Source of the DNA: an uncultured Bdellovibrionales bacterium
GTDB taxonomy: Bacteria > Bdellovibrionota > UBA1018 > CAIPTA01
Direction: 5' to 3'
DNA: 64,000 nt
Assembly (NCBI GenBank): GCA_964416595.1
Contig: CAYQES010000004.1
Coordinates: 5,588 to 69,587 of the forward strand
The translations under genes and the position numbers were made by a program. The notes below the pieces were generated by a model. The model was not told where the DNA came from, did no database searches, and was given only the letters and a program-made list of their open reading frames with translations. Shown here piece by piece: positions 19,979-27,638 of this stretch; within the stretch, counting starts at the first letter, position 1, and every line of letters starts with the position of its first letter.

Positions 19979-21169
19979 TTGTTGCAAACCTTCGCTGCCG
20001 CCTATTATTCCGCTAAGAATCGCAAAAAGATTTCCCAATATGCTGTGGCCGATCTCGATACCGCTGCTCACCTTTGGGGGGGCCTAGATAATTCCCGGGC
20101 TTTCCGCAATGTGTTGGTGGGAGAGCCGGAGCGGAGGGGTGAAATTTGGCAGGCATGGATCAGCGCTAATGAAATTGAACTTAGTGATGAAAATATTTTT
20201 TATGTGCTCCGCCACACAGCTAAACTAAAAACAGGTTCCTTTGAGCGTTGGGCCGTGTACTGCGCTTTGGATCTCCATGAACCTAAACTTTTTATCCACG
20301 AAGATGTGGTGAACGAGGGTGTGGAACGGGCCCGCCAGGCTACTGAAGCATGTGAAACCGATATGGCTCCCATTTTTGTGGGCTATGAAGAGAGTCTTTA
20401 TCGAGACGTGCGCCAAGTGTTGGAAAAGGCCGTAACAAACCAAACGCCACTATTAGTGTATGAAGAGTCTGCCACTTCTAAGCATACGGTTTGGCCTCTA
20501 AGCGATAAGGATGCCACGCAAAAACTGAAAAAACTTTTAGACGATCAACCGCTCTTTCTCCTGGATGGTCACCATCGTTTGGCTGCCGCCAAAGAAAACC
20601 ACCGCCACGGTTTGGGCGACGGAAAAATCCTCGCCTGCCTCTGTTCCATGGATGTTAACGATACCCTCATTCTTCCCATTCATCGCACCGTGCACTATAG
20701 CCGCTGGATGCTCCCGGATGCTATGTTCGCCGATCTCACCCGATCCGGTTGCAAAGTAACAGAGCTCACGGAAACAAAAGTGACTGCCCTCGAAAATTAT
20801 TTAACCAAAGAAATGCCCACTGGTGCCTATTGTTTGGCTTTGCATTCCTATTCTGCCTTGCCTCGTTTAGTGCAATTGCCCTCGGCCTCCCAATTGCCAC
20901 AAGCTTTAGCACCTTTAGCGGTGGCTCGTTTAGATCACTTGGTGCTGGAATCTCATCCGCAAGCCACCGCAATTCCCGTGGCCAGCTTGGAATTGGTGCT
21001 GGAGCAACTCGCCCTCGACCAATGCCAGGCCGCATTTTTCTTGCCTGCGGTGCAAGCTTCTCAGGTGCGAGCTGTTGCACTCGCGAAATTAAAGATGCCA
21101 CGCAAATCTACGCGTTTTGTGCCGAAGCCGGCGCTGGGATTAATTTGCCGGCCGTGGATGGTAAGTTAA
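19979..21169 (+). CDS. DUF1015 family protein
   Basis: Conserved LFLLDGHHRLAAA motif characteristic of DUF1015. Confidence 0.55.
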   Translation: MLQTFAAAYYSAKNRKKISQYAVADLDTAAHLWGGLDNSRAFRNVLVGEPERRGEIWQAWISANEIELSDENIFYVLRHTAKLKTGSFERWAVYCALDLHEPKLFIHEDVVNEGVERARQATEACETDMAPIFVGYEESLYRDVRQVLEKAVTNQTPLLVYEESATSKHTVWPLSDKDATQKLKKLLDDQPLFLLDGHHRLAAAKENHRHGLGDGKILACLCSMDVNDTLILPIHRTVHYSRWMLPDAMFADLTRSGCKVTELTETKVTALENYLTKEMPTGAYCLALHSYSALPRLVQLPSASQLPQALAPLAVARLDHLVLESHPQATAIPVASLELVLEQLALDQCQAAFFLPAVQASQVRAVALAKLKMPRKSTRFVPKPALGLICRPWMVS

Positions 21170-21250
21170 TCTGTTTTTCAGTTCACGGTTCACCACCGAG
21201 ACAGTGAACTGAGAACTGTGAACCGAGAACAGAACAACTGTTCCAAAATC

Positions 21251-21601
21251 CTATAGTCGCGCCTGCCTAAAATAAATTTCCTTCACAATATCTTTTCCCA
21301 AGCTTGCGTTAATGCGCCGGAGAATCAAATGCCGTTTGGACGTTAGCTCCGTAGTCCAAATAGGGTGTTGGGTTTCCACAAACAAAATTCCATTTTTAAA
21401 AGATTTGGGGCGGGCCTGTCGGGCAATATCGGCCCCCACGGATTGGGGCCAAGCTCCAAATACCTGAATCTCTTCGTTCACATTTTTCGGCATGGTCATC
21501 TGCATGAAATCTTTTAGGAGATCTCCTAGTGCTGAGGGACCAGATTTTTTCGCACGTTGCAGGGCCATGGGTTTTTGTACCAATTGAACTGTGTTACACA
21601 C
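21251..21601 (-). CDS. DUF721 (DciA-like) family protein
   Basis: 116-aa pattern LGDLL...VFGAWPQSVGADIA...NGILFVET.HPIWTTEL...ILRRINASLGKDIVKEIYF matches the DUF721/COG5512 consensus (W..vG..iA...P....G.L.V...s..W..eL......l..rlN..lG...v..i.f). Confidence 0.5.
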   Translation of the reverse strand: MCNTVQLVQKPMALQRAKKSGPSALGDLLKDFMQMTMPKNVNEEIQVFGAWPQSVGADIARQARPKSFKNGILFVETQHPIWTTELTSKRHLILRRINASLGKDIVKEIYFRQARL

Positions 21602-21606
21602 AAGGC

Positions 21607-22173
21607 ATGGGGCGCCTTTCTCGTCGTATAACTCTATGCATTATATTACTGGCATTTTCCGGCTGCGGCTACCATTTCCAGGGCAATCGTAATCCCTTGA
21701 AAGAATTGGGTGTGGAAAAAGTCTATGTAGTCCAATTTAAGAACACCACCTATCGCCCGGGCATTGAACAATTATTTTCTTCGGCCATGATCCGGGAAAT
21801 CCAAAAGGCGGGCTCCTTTCGTTTGGTGAATTCCCGGGAAGAGGCGGATGCGATTCTTACTGGGCAGATTTCTGGGGCTGACACAAGCATTGCATCCTCT
21901 AAATCCGTATTAATCGATGCAAAAAACACTGTGGATGTAGCCGCCGAATACAACACAGGCGTGCAATGTTCCGTGGATCTTGTGGATCGCACGGGGCGCA
22001 CTATTTTTTCCCAATCCATCAACAGCAACAAAATTTATCCCGGTGCCGCTCGCTTAGGCAGTGAGGGTGCCACGAATGCTTTGATCAATGATAGTGAACA
22101 ACGTTTAGCGATCCAGTTTTTGGCGTCGCAAATGATGGCCAGCGTTTACCAGCGCATGGTGGACACTTTCTGA
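21607..22173 (+). CDS. lptE: LPS-assembly lipoprotein LptE
   Basis: Start chosen at ATG 21607 (MGRLSRRITLCIILLAFSGCGYHF, lipobox SGC). LptE/RlpB-like fold signature. It lies immediately upstream of holA, the conserved lptE-holA linkage. Confidence 0.65.
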   Translation: MGRLSRRITLCIILLAFSGCGYHFQGNRNPLKELGVEKVYVVQFKNTTYRPGIEQLFSSAMIREIQKAGSFRLVNSREEADAILTGQISGADTSIASSKSVLIDAKNTVDVAAEYNTGVQCSVDLVDRTGRTIFSQSINSNKIYPGAARLGSEGATNALINDSEQRLAIQFLASQMMASVYQRMVDTF

Positions 22174-23171
22174 TGGCTGCAGCCGCCGAAAATAAAATCC
22201 GCGAAGAACTCCAGCGCAAAAAAATCCGGGAAGTGTATGTGCTGGCGGGCGAGGATGCTTTTAAGCAGGATTACTACGCTGATCGCATCCAAGAGGCGGC
22301 CTTTCCCGAAGGCGTTCAAAAACAGATTCTTTATGGTGATGAAGTAGATCCTAACCAATTGCTGGAACAAGTGCGCACACTCTCGCTCTGGGATCCCCAT
22401 AAATTTTTACTTGTACGCCAAGCGGAGCGATTCACGGCCAAGCAATGGGAAGCTTTGCTACCACTTCTAAAAGAGCCGCTAGAGCGCTGTGTGGTGGTGT
22501 TCCAAAGTGCAAAGGCTGATGCTCGTCTTAAGTTTTTCCAAGCTTTAGGTAAAGCTGGAGAGCGGGCAGCCCTCGTAAAATTAGAGCCGGCCCAGGGGAG
22601 TGAATGGAATTTTTGGCTGCAGACTTTTTTGCGGGAAAGCAAATTGGATGTTGACGACGAAGCCCGCCTGCTCCTTGCTCACTGGACCGCCGGCTCCCTT
22701 TCCGATTTAAAACACACACTAGAGCGAGCAGCGCTTTTTGCTGGCGCCGAGAAAATTAGAAAAGAACATGTGCTGGCTGTGGGTTTTAAAGTTTCTCCGG
22801 AAGATGTGTTTCGTTTTACGGAAAAATTATTGTCCGGCGATCGCCAAGCCTCTTTGGTATTATTGGAATCTTTGCTGAGCCAAGGGGAAGAACCGTTGGC
22901 ATTGGTGGGATTATTATCTCGCCAGTACCGTTGGCTGTTGGCAATCCTCACCCATCGGGCCGAGGGCAAAACTGATGGTGCTATCGCTTCCGCTGCTGGG
23001 ATTTTTCCCGCTGCGGGCAAGGTGCTCTTTCCCGCCGCTAAACGCATGGGCAGTAAATCAGTGATCCGGGGTCTCAACGCTTTGGCGGAAACAGATCACG
23101 GGCTAAAAAGCTCCCGCTTGCCAAGGGAGCAAATGCTCACCGAACTAGTAGTGCAGCTCACAGAGATCTAA
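22173..23171 (+). CDS. holA: DNA polymerase III subunit delta
   Basis: N-terminal REVYVLAGEDAF...LLVRQAERF pattern of HolA. The start overlaps the lptE stop. Confidence 0.75.
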   Translation: MAAAAENKIREELQRKKIREVYVLAGEDAFKQDYYADRIQEAAFPEGVQKQILYGDEVDPNQLLEQVRTLSLWDPHKFLLVRQAERFTAKQWEALLPLLKEPLERCVVVFQSAKADARLKFFQALGKAGERAALVKLEPAQGSEWNFWLQTFLRESKLDVDDEARLLLAHWTAGSLSDLKHTLERAALFAGAEKIRKEHVLAVGFKVSPEDVFRFTEKLLSGDRQASLVLLESLLSQGEEPLALVGLLSRQYRWLLAILTHRAEGKTDGAIASAAGIFPAAGKVLFPAAKRMGSKSVIRGLNALAETDHGLKSSRLPREQMLTELVVQLTEI

Positions 23172-23183
23172 CTTCAGAAATAG

Positions 23184-23214
23184 AAAAGCCAGGGGTTCAA
23201 CCCTGGCTTTTTGT
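23184..23214. terminator. bidirectional intrinsic terminator (AAAAGCCAGGG-gttcaa-CCCTGGCTTTTT)
   Basis: Perfect 7-bp GC stem flanked by A- and T-tracts, between the holA stop (+) and the rpsT stop (-). Confidence 0.7.
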
Positions 23215-23234
23215 TAGAACTTGAAAAGAAAAAA

Positions 23235-23504
23235 TTAAGCGTTGGCGGAAGCTAGCGCTTTGTTTTTTGCTTTTTGTAGCCGAGAAATTTTTCTTGCGGC
23301 CCGTCTTTTAGGGATGGATCCACGATGGGCAGCTTTTGCTAGCACAGAAGCGGCCTCGGTCAAGTTGGCAGTTTTTGCGTCCTTACGGATCGACTCCATG
23401 GTTTTTTGCGCAACCGTTTTCACGGCAGAACGGCGGGAACGATTTTGTTCCGTACGTTTGATGATTTGGCGGTTACGCTTCTCGGCAGACTTATGATTGG
23501 CCAT
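23235..23504 (-). CDS. rpsT: 30S ribosomal protein S20
   Basis: MANHKSAEKRNRQIIKRTEQNRSRRSAVKT is the canonical S20 N-terminus; 89 aa. Confidence 0.9.
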   Translation of the reverse strand: MANHKSAEKRNRQIIKRTEQNRSRRSAVKTVAQKTMESIRKDAKTANLTEAASVLAKAAHRGSIPKRRAARKISRLQKAKNKALASANA

Positions 23505-23510
23505 GGATTC

Positions 23511-23918
23511 TTATTCCTCTTCGTCAAATTTGGAAGGTGTCCAAGGATCTTCTTCGTCAGAATCCTCGGTATCGTCTTCGTTATATTCTTCCCAGCTTTC
23601 ACTTTCCTCATCGGTTTCTTCGTCAGAATCCTTCATGGGAGAGAGATTGCGATTTTTCAATTCTTCTGCGCGGAACAAAGAAGAGCCAGCGAATCCACCC
23701 ACAGCAGCGGCTACGGCAGCAGCTTTTTTAGGAGCGGCTTTCTTAGGAGCAGCCTTCTTGGCAGCTTTCTTAGCTGTCTTTTTAGGAGCAGCTTTTTTAG
23801 TGGCTTTTTTAGCTGACTTTTTAGGGGCAGCTTTTTTGGTCGCCTTTTTAGCTGACTTTTTGGGGGCAGCTTTTTTGGTCGCTTTTTTTGCAGTCTTCTT
23901 GGTTTTCTTTTTGGCCAT
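23511..23918 (-). CDS. histone H1-like lysine/alanine/proline-repeat DNA-binding protein with poly-acidic C-terminal tail
   Basis: ATG 23918 is preceded by GGAGAG. The N-terminal 80 aa are (KKA[AT][PK]KK[ST]A) repeats encoded by ~33-bp tandem DNA repeats. The C-terminal 45 aa are DSDEETDEESESWEEYNEDDTEDSDEEDPWTPSKFDEEE. It is co-directional with rpsT and ends 7 nt upstream of the rpsT start. Confidence 0.6.
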   Translation of the reverse strand: MAKKKTKKTAKKATKKAAPKKSAKKATKKAAPKKSAKKATKKAAPKKTAKKAAKKAAPKKAAPKKAAAVAAAVGGFAGSSLFRAEELKNRNLSPMKDSDEETDEESESWEEYNEDDTEDSDEEDPWTPSKFDEEE

Positions 23919-24004
23919 GAACTCTCTCCTAAACATTTGAGTAAAATGGTAAAACTGGGAAATGGCCCCCTCTTCATCCCACGGGGCCTAAAAATTTACA
24001 AGCG

Positions 24005-26302
24005 CTAGTGTTTGAGTTTGTTTATGTCGTCGGAAATCCTGGCGGCCCCATTACCCCCATTGAAACGCTCCAGGGGGTTGGTCCATTGCACGCCAGCCAG
24101 TTGGGGGTCATTGGTGCCTTTGCCCCCGCTTTTTAGGGAGCTAAAGGACACAAAACGCACGGAATAGCCGCTGCGCCCCATGTCCAGACCCAGCTCAGAA
24201 TTGGATTCAATACCCATATTGGGGTTATTCGTGTCGGCTGCGGTCTTTTGGTTGTTCCAGGAAGTTAATTGGCGCTTATAGGGATCTTCCATGCCGGCCA
24301 CGGTGAAGCGGCGGCCATAGGAGCGGGCATAGGCCTGGAGCTGGGGCTCATCGGTGAGCATGGGATCCGGGATATAGTGAAAAATTGTCTCTTTGCTATT
24401 GCGTAAATAACCCTGGAGTAAGCCGAATTTTGCATCGCTTTGTATGATGCTTAAAAACTCCGCGAATCTACCGCTCTCTAGGGATTCCCTATCCTTGGCA
24501 TCGGCCACTAGGTATTGGTTCACTTTGTCGCGGATGAAGCGCAGGTCGTTCCCATTGGTGCCATTCACGGGATAAACCGGGGCCACCAGGGAAAAGAATT
24601 TCCCGCCATACACAGGATTATCTTCAAATTTGCCAATCACATCCTGCTGAAAGTTAGCGGGGGGATTGTAGTAACCGATTTCCCAGGGGGCATAGGCCCC
24701 AGCTAAGCGGGGTCCATAATCTAATCGTCGCAAGGAAACCACAGCGTTCCGTAGGTAACCTAGGTGGGCGTTGGTGGAAAAGCCTCGCTGGTTGGAAGTG
24801 GTATCCCCATCGGCCACAAGCACATTCGGAAAGGCGTAAGAGAAACCGGTGATCTGATCATCCCTGGATTCATTCAAGAAGCTACGGCCCACCTGCGCCT
24901 TACCCAACATCATTTTGAGCATGCCATCATCGGTTTTTTCTGGATTAAGATCCTTGCCCACCCGGCTACCAAAGGGCTTTGCCGCCGAATAGGCCGAAAG
25001 GGTTACGATGCCATTGCCACCAAAGGGGGAAAAAAGGAGACGGGCCTTGGCCTGCAGGCGAACCGCATAGTAGGTGAGCACATTGGGATTTTTGGTAACT
25101 CCAAAAGGAAAGCGGGAAATTACCCGTACTTCCCGGTACTGGCTACAGTTACCGTTATCGCCATTATCAAGGGATTTAAAAAAGGAGTTGGCGAAGGCGG
25201 CTCGGCCCGTAAGATCATCGAACTTGGCTAGGATCGGAGGATTTTTTAAATTGGGATTTTGTTCCGTATTGCCGGGGGTGGTGGGGAGAAGTTCCGTGAG
25301 TTCGATCTCCGAAAAGTTGCCGTTATCCCCAGAAACGGACGGTAAATTATTGCGGGCGCTTAAGAAAGCTTGGATGGGCCGTTCGAAATAATCCAAGGTT
25401 TTATTGGATCCGGCTGGGGCCAAGCCTTTCAAGGAACTCATGGTTTCCTCGGTGATTGTGGCGCTTAGGCCCTCGCTACTGAGACTCATATTCAAGGCTT
25501 CTTCAAAATTATCAATGCGGGCCCGGAGCAGCGCCATGCGGGGTAATACCCCTAGGCGTTCGATGCCATCGGAAAAAGGAAAGGGATCGTCAGAATCATT
25601 GCCCACGGAAAAGAAAGGATCAGCAGCTTTGATAGGATCTAGGCCAAAGAGCCAGGCGATAAGGAATTTCTGATTGATCAAGGTGCGGCTGTAACAGTCT
25701 TCAAGTTTTTTATTGATGATTTGTGAGGTAGCTCGGCGAACGGCGGCCACGATCGGATCCGCTACCCCCCAACCTCCCCCGGAGGGGAATTCCGGAATAC
25801 CCGCCACTTTGTTTTTTTGGCAGTAGTTGTTGTCTTTGTCGAAGATGATGCAAACCGAAGGCAGGTAACTAAAGCCAGGCGCTGGAGGGGGTTCGTTATT
25901 ATTGAATTCCCGGGGATCATCGAACGCAAAATCATAACGGGCATCCGCAGCTGTATTGGTGGTGGCGGCACATTGGGGAATTTTCTGCCCCTGGTGGTTC
26001 AAGGGAAAACATGGCATGGCCACATACTGGCCCCGGGTGGTGTAATAAAACAAAAATTCTTTAAGAGCCCGGCGCATTTCGTAATTGAGGTAGGCCACGC
26101 TCGTGAGCTGGCGGGCTTGGGTAGCGGCACCGGCATAGGCAGCTGCGTCGGCGGCGTTTTGCAAATTGATCTTGGCGTGCACCAACATGCCGATATTGGT
26201 GGTGAAGGCGAACAACAGAATCATCGTGGACGCAAAAAGGGCCATGAAGATGGCCGCTTGTCCGCGCTCTTCTCGAAGCTTACGGGGAACTTTTCGGAGC
26301 AT
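24005..26302 (-). CDS. TadG/TadE-like (Flp/Tad pilus assembly) N-terminal domain protein, 765 aa
   Basis: N-terminus RGQAAIFMALFASTMILLFAFTTNIGMLVHAKINLQNAADAAAYAGA matches the TadE/TadG-like (PF13400-type) membrane-anchored motif. The large extracytoplasmic remainder is uncharacterised. It lies 10 nt downstream of truB on the same strand. Confidence 0.55.
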   Translation of the reverse strand: MLRKVPRKLREERGQAAIFMALFASTMILLFAFTTNIGMLVHAKINLQNAADAAAYAGAATQARQLTSVAYLNYEMRRALKEFLFYYTTRGQYVAMPCFPLNHQGQKIPQCAATTNTAADARYDFAFDDPREFNNNEPPPAPGFSYLPSVCIIFDKDNNYCQKNKVAGIPEFPSGGGWGVADPIVAAVRRATSQIINKKLEDCYSRTLINQKFLIAWLFGLDPIKAADPFFSVGNDSDDPFPFSDGIERLGVLPRMALLRARIDNFEEALNMSLSSEGLSATITEETMSSLKGLAPAGSNKTLDYFERPIQAFLSARNNLPSVSGDNGNFSEIELTELLPTTPGNTEQNPNLKNPPILAKFDDLTGRAAFANSFFKSLDNGDNGNCSQYREVRVISRFPFGVTKNPNVLTYYAVRLQAKARLLFSPFGGNGIVTLSAYSAAKPFGSRVGKDLNPEKTDDGMLKMMLGKAQVGRSFLNESRDDQITGFSYAFPNVLVADGDTTSNQRGFSTNAHLGYLRNAVVSLRRLDYGPRLAGAYAPWEIGYYNPPANFQQDVIGKFEDNPVYGGKFFSLVAPVYPVNGTNGNDLRFIRDKVNQYLVADAKDRESLESGRFAEFLSIIQSDAKFGLLQGYLRNSKETIFHYIPDPMLTDEPQLQAYARSYGRRFTVAGMEDPYKRQLTSWNNQKTAADTNNPNMGIESNSELGLDMGRSGYSVRFVSFSSLKSGGKGTNDPQLAGVQWTNPLERFNGGNGAARISDDINKLKH

Positions 26303-26311
26303 TCTAGAATT

Positions 26312-27223
26312 TTACGTTTCTAGGAGGCGGGGGTCAAAAACTCTTTCGATGGAGCAAAAAGGAACTAGCATCGGATGATGGTTACAGACCGCCACGGGCT
26401 TTCCTTCTTCCACCACCAGGAAATACCCGGGCTTTTCTATTTGACTGCGCAATCCATCGAACACCGCTAAATTTCCGTTTCGAACCTTCGCCGCCTGTTC
26501 GCTATTGCATTCTACCTGGCAGAGATGCGAAAGAGCCTCGCCGATAGAACGCAAAGGCACTTTTTCCCCAGGCATTTCTAAAATTTCTCGCAGTGGCAGC
26601 GCATCTTCCACACGGAAAGAGGAGGATTGCGTGCGACGTAAGCTTTTCAAATAGGCGGAACTGCCCGCAGCCTTGGCCAGATCCGCGGCCAACACTCGCA
26701 CATAGGTGCCCCCGGAGCAGCCCACACGGAAACGTAAAGAATTGCCTTCCACGGCCAAGATTTTAAATTCTTTCACCTGCACTTCCCGGGATTTCACTTC
26801 CACGGTTTTTCCTTCCCGGGCGTATTGGTATAGGGCTTTGCCTTTTACTTTGATCGCCGAGTAGGCCGGAGGAGTTTGCTGAATGCGACCCGTGAGTTTT
26901 TGCGCCAAGGCTTGCCACTCGTCTAAGGTGAGATTGGGCACGGCAGTGTTTTCTACGATTTCACCCGTGAGATCTCCTGTGTCGGTGGCAGAGCCCAGCA
27001 CGGCTTCTGCCTCATATGCCTTTTCCCCTTCCAGAAGAAAGCGGGCCACTTTTGTGCCTTCTCCCACTAAAGCCACAAGCAGGCCTGTAGCAAAAGGATC
27101 TAGTGTGCCGCCGTGACCAATGCGTGTGAAATCATGTTTAAGTTTTAGCTGGTTGAGCACATGGGCGGAGCTTACGCCGTCTGGTTTATCCACGAGCAAA
27201 ATGCCCGAGCGAGAATTGGGCAT
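26312..27223 (-). CDS. truB: tRNA pseudouridine(55) synthase
   Basis: GILLVDKP.G.SS..V, GHGGTLDPFATGLL catalytic Asp motif, C-terminal PUA-like region. Confidence 0.9.
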   Translation of the reverse strand: MPNSRSGILLVDKPDGVSSAHVLNQLKLKHDFTRIGHGGTLDPFATGLLVALVGEGTKVARFLLEGEKAYEAEAVLGSATDTGDLTGEIVENTAVPNLTLDEWQALAQKLTGRIQQTPPAYSAIKVKGKALYQYAREGKTVEVKSREVQVKEFKILAVEGNSLRFRVGCSGGTYVRVLAADLAKAAGSSAYLKSLRRTQSSSFRVEDALPLREILEMPGEKVPLRSIGEALSHLCQVECNSEQAAKVRNGNLAVFDGLRSQIEKPGYFLVVEEGKPVAVCNHHPMLVPFCSIERVFDPRLLET

Positions 27224-27226
27224 AGG

Positions 27227-27637
27227 TTAGTCCTGTTCGGAATCGTCTTTAGCGGCAGCAGCTTTTTTCTCTATTTCCGCGGCTTCCTGGAGTGCGGTGT
27301 TTATCACTACAGCGCGATCGAAAATACGGTCGAATTTAAAAATCAGGTGCGGATGCACTTTCATGGAAATGCGCTTAATCAACAATCGATGCACAAAGGA
27401 ACTCGCGGAGCGCAGAGCCTCTAGCGCGCCCTTTACGGCAGGATCCTTTTCTTCTTTGCCCATGAACGAAACCCAAACAGTGGCATTGCGCATATCTTCC
27501 GATAGATCCACACCGGAAACGGTGACCATGCCTACAGCTTCCAAGCGAGGATCGCTGATGTCTTTACGGAAAATGGTCACAAGTTCCTCGCGGATTGCGT
27601 TGGCTACTTGTCTGTGTCTGCGAGAAAGTTCAGCCAT
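27227..27637 (-). CDS. rbfA: ribosome-binding factor A
   Basis: R.RQVANAIREEL...DPRL...VTVSGVDLS.D...A.VWVS RbfA signature; located between infB and truB. Confidence 0.85.
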   Translation of the reverse strand: MAELSRRHRQVANAIREELVTIFRKDISDPRLEAVGMVTVSGVDLSEDMRNATVWVSFMGKEEKDPAVKGALEALRSASSFVHRLLIKRISMKVHPHLIFKFDRIFDRAVVINTALQEAAEIEKKAAAAKDDSEQD

Positions 27638-27638
27638 A

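Noticed and set aside
23497-23940. 147-aa plus-strand ORF mirror-imaging the histone-like gene (AAFLGAAFL repeats)
   Set aside because: It is the antisense reading of the KKAAPKK repeat. The minus-strand frame has a canonical RBS and start, and sits in operon context with rpsT. The plus-strand product is a hydrophobic low-complexity artefact.
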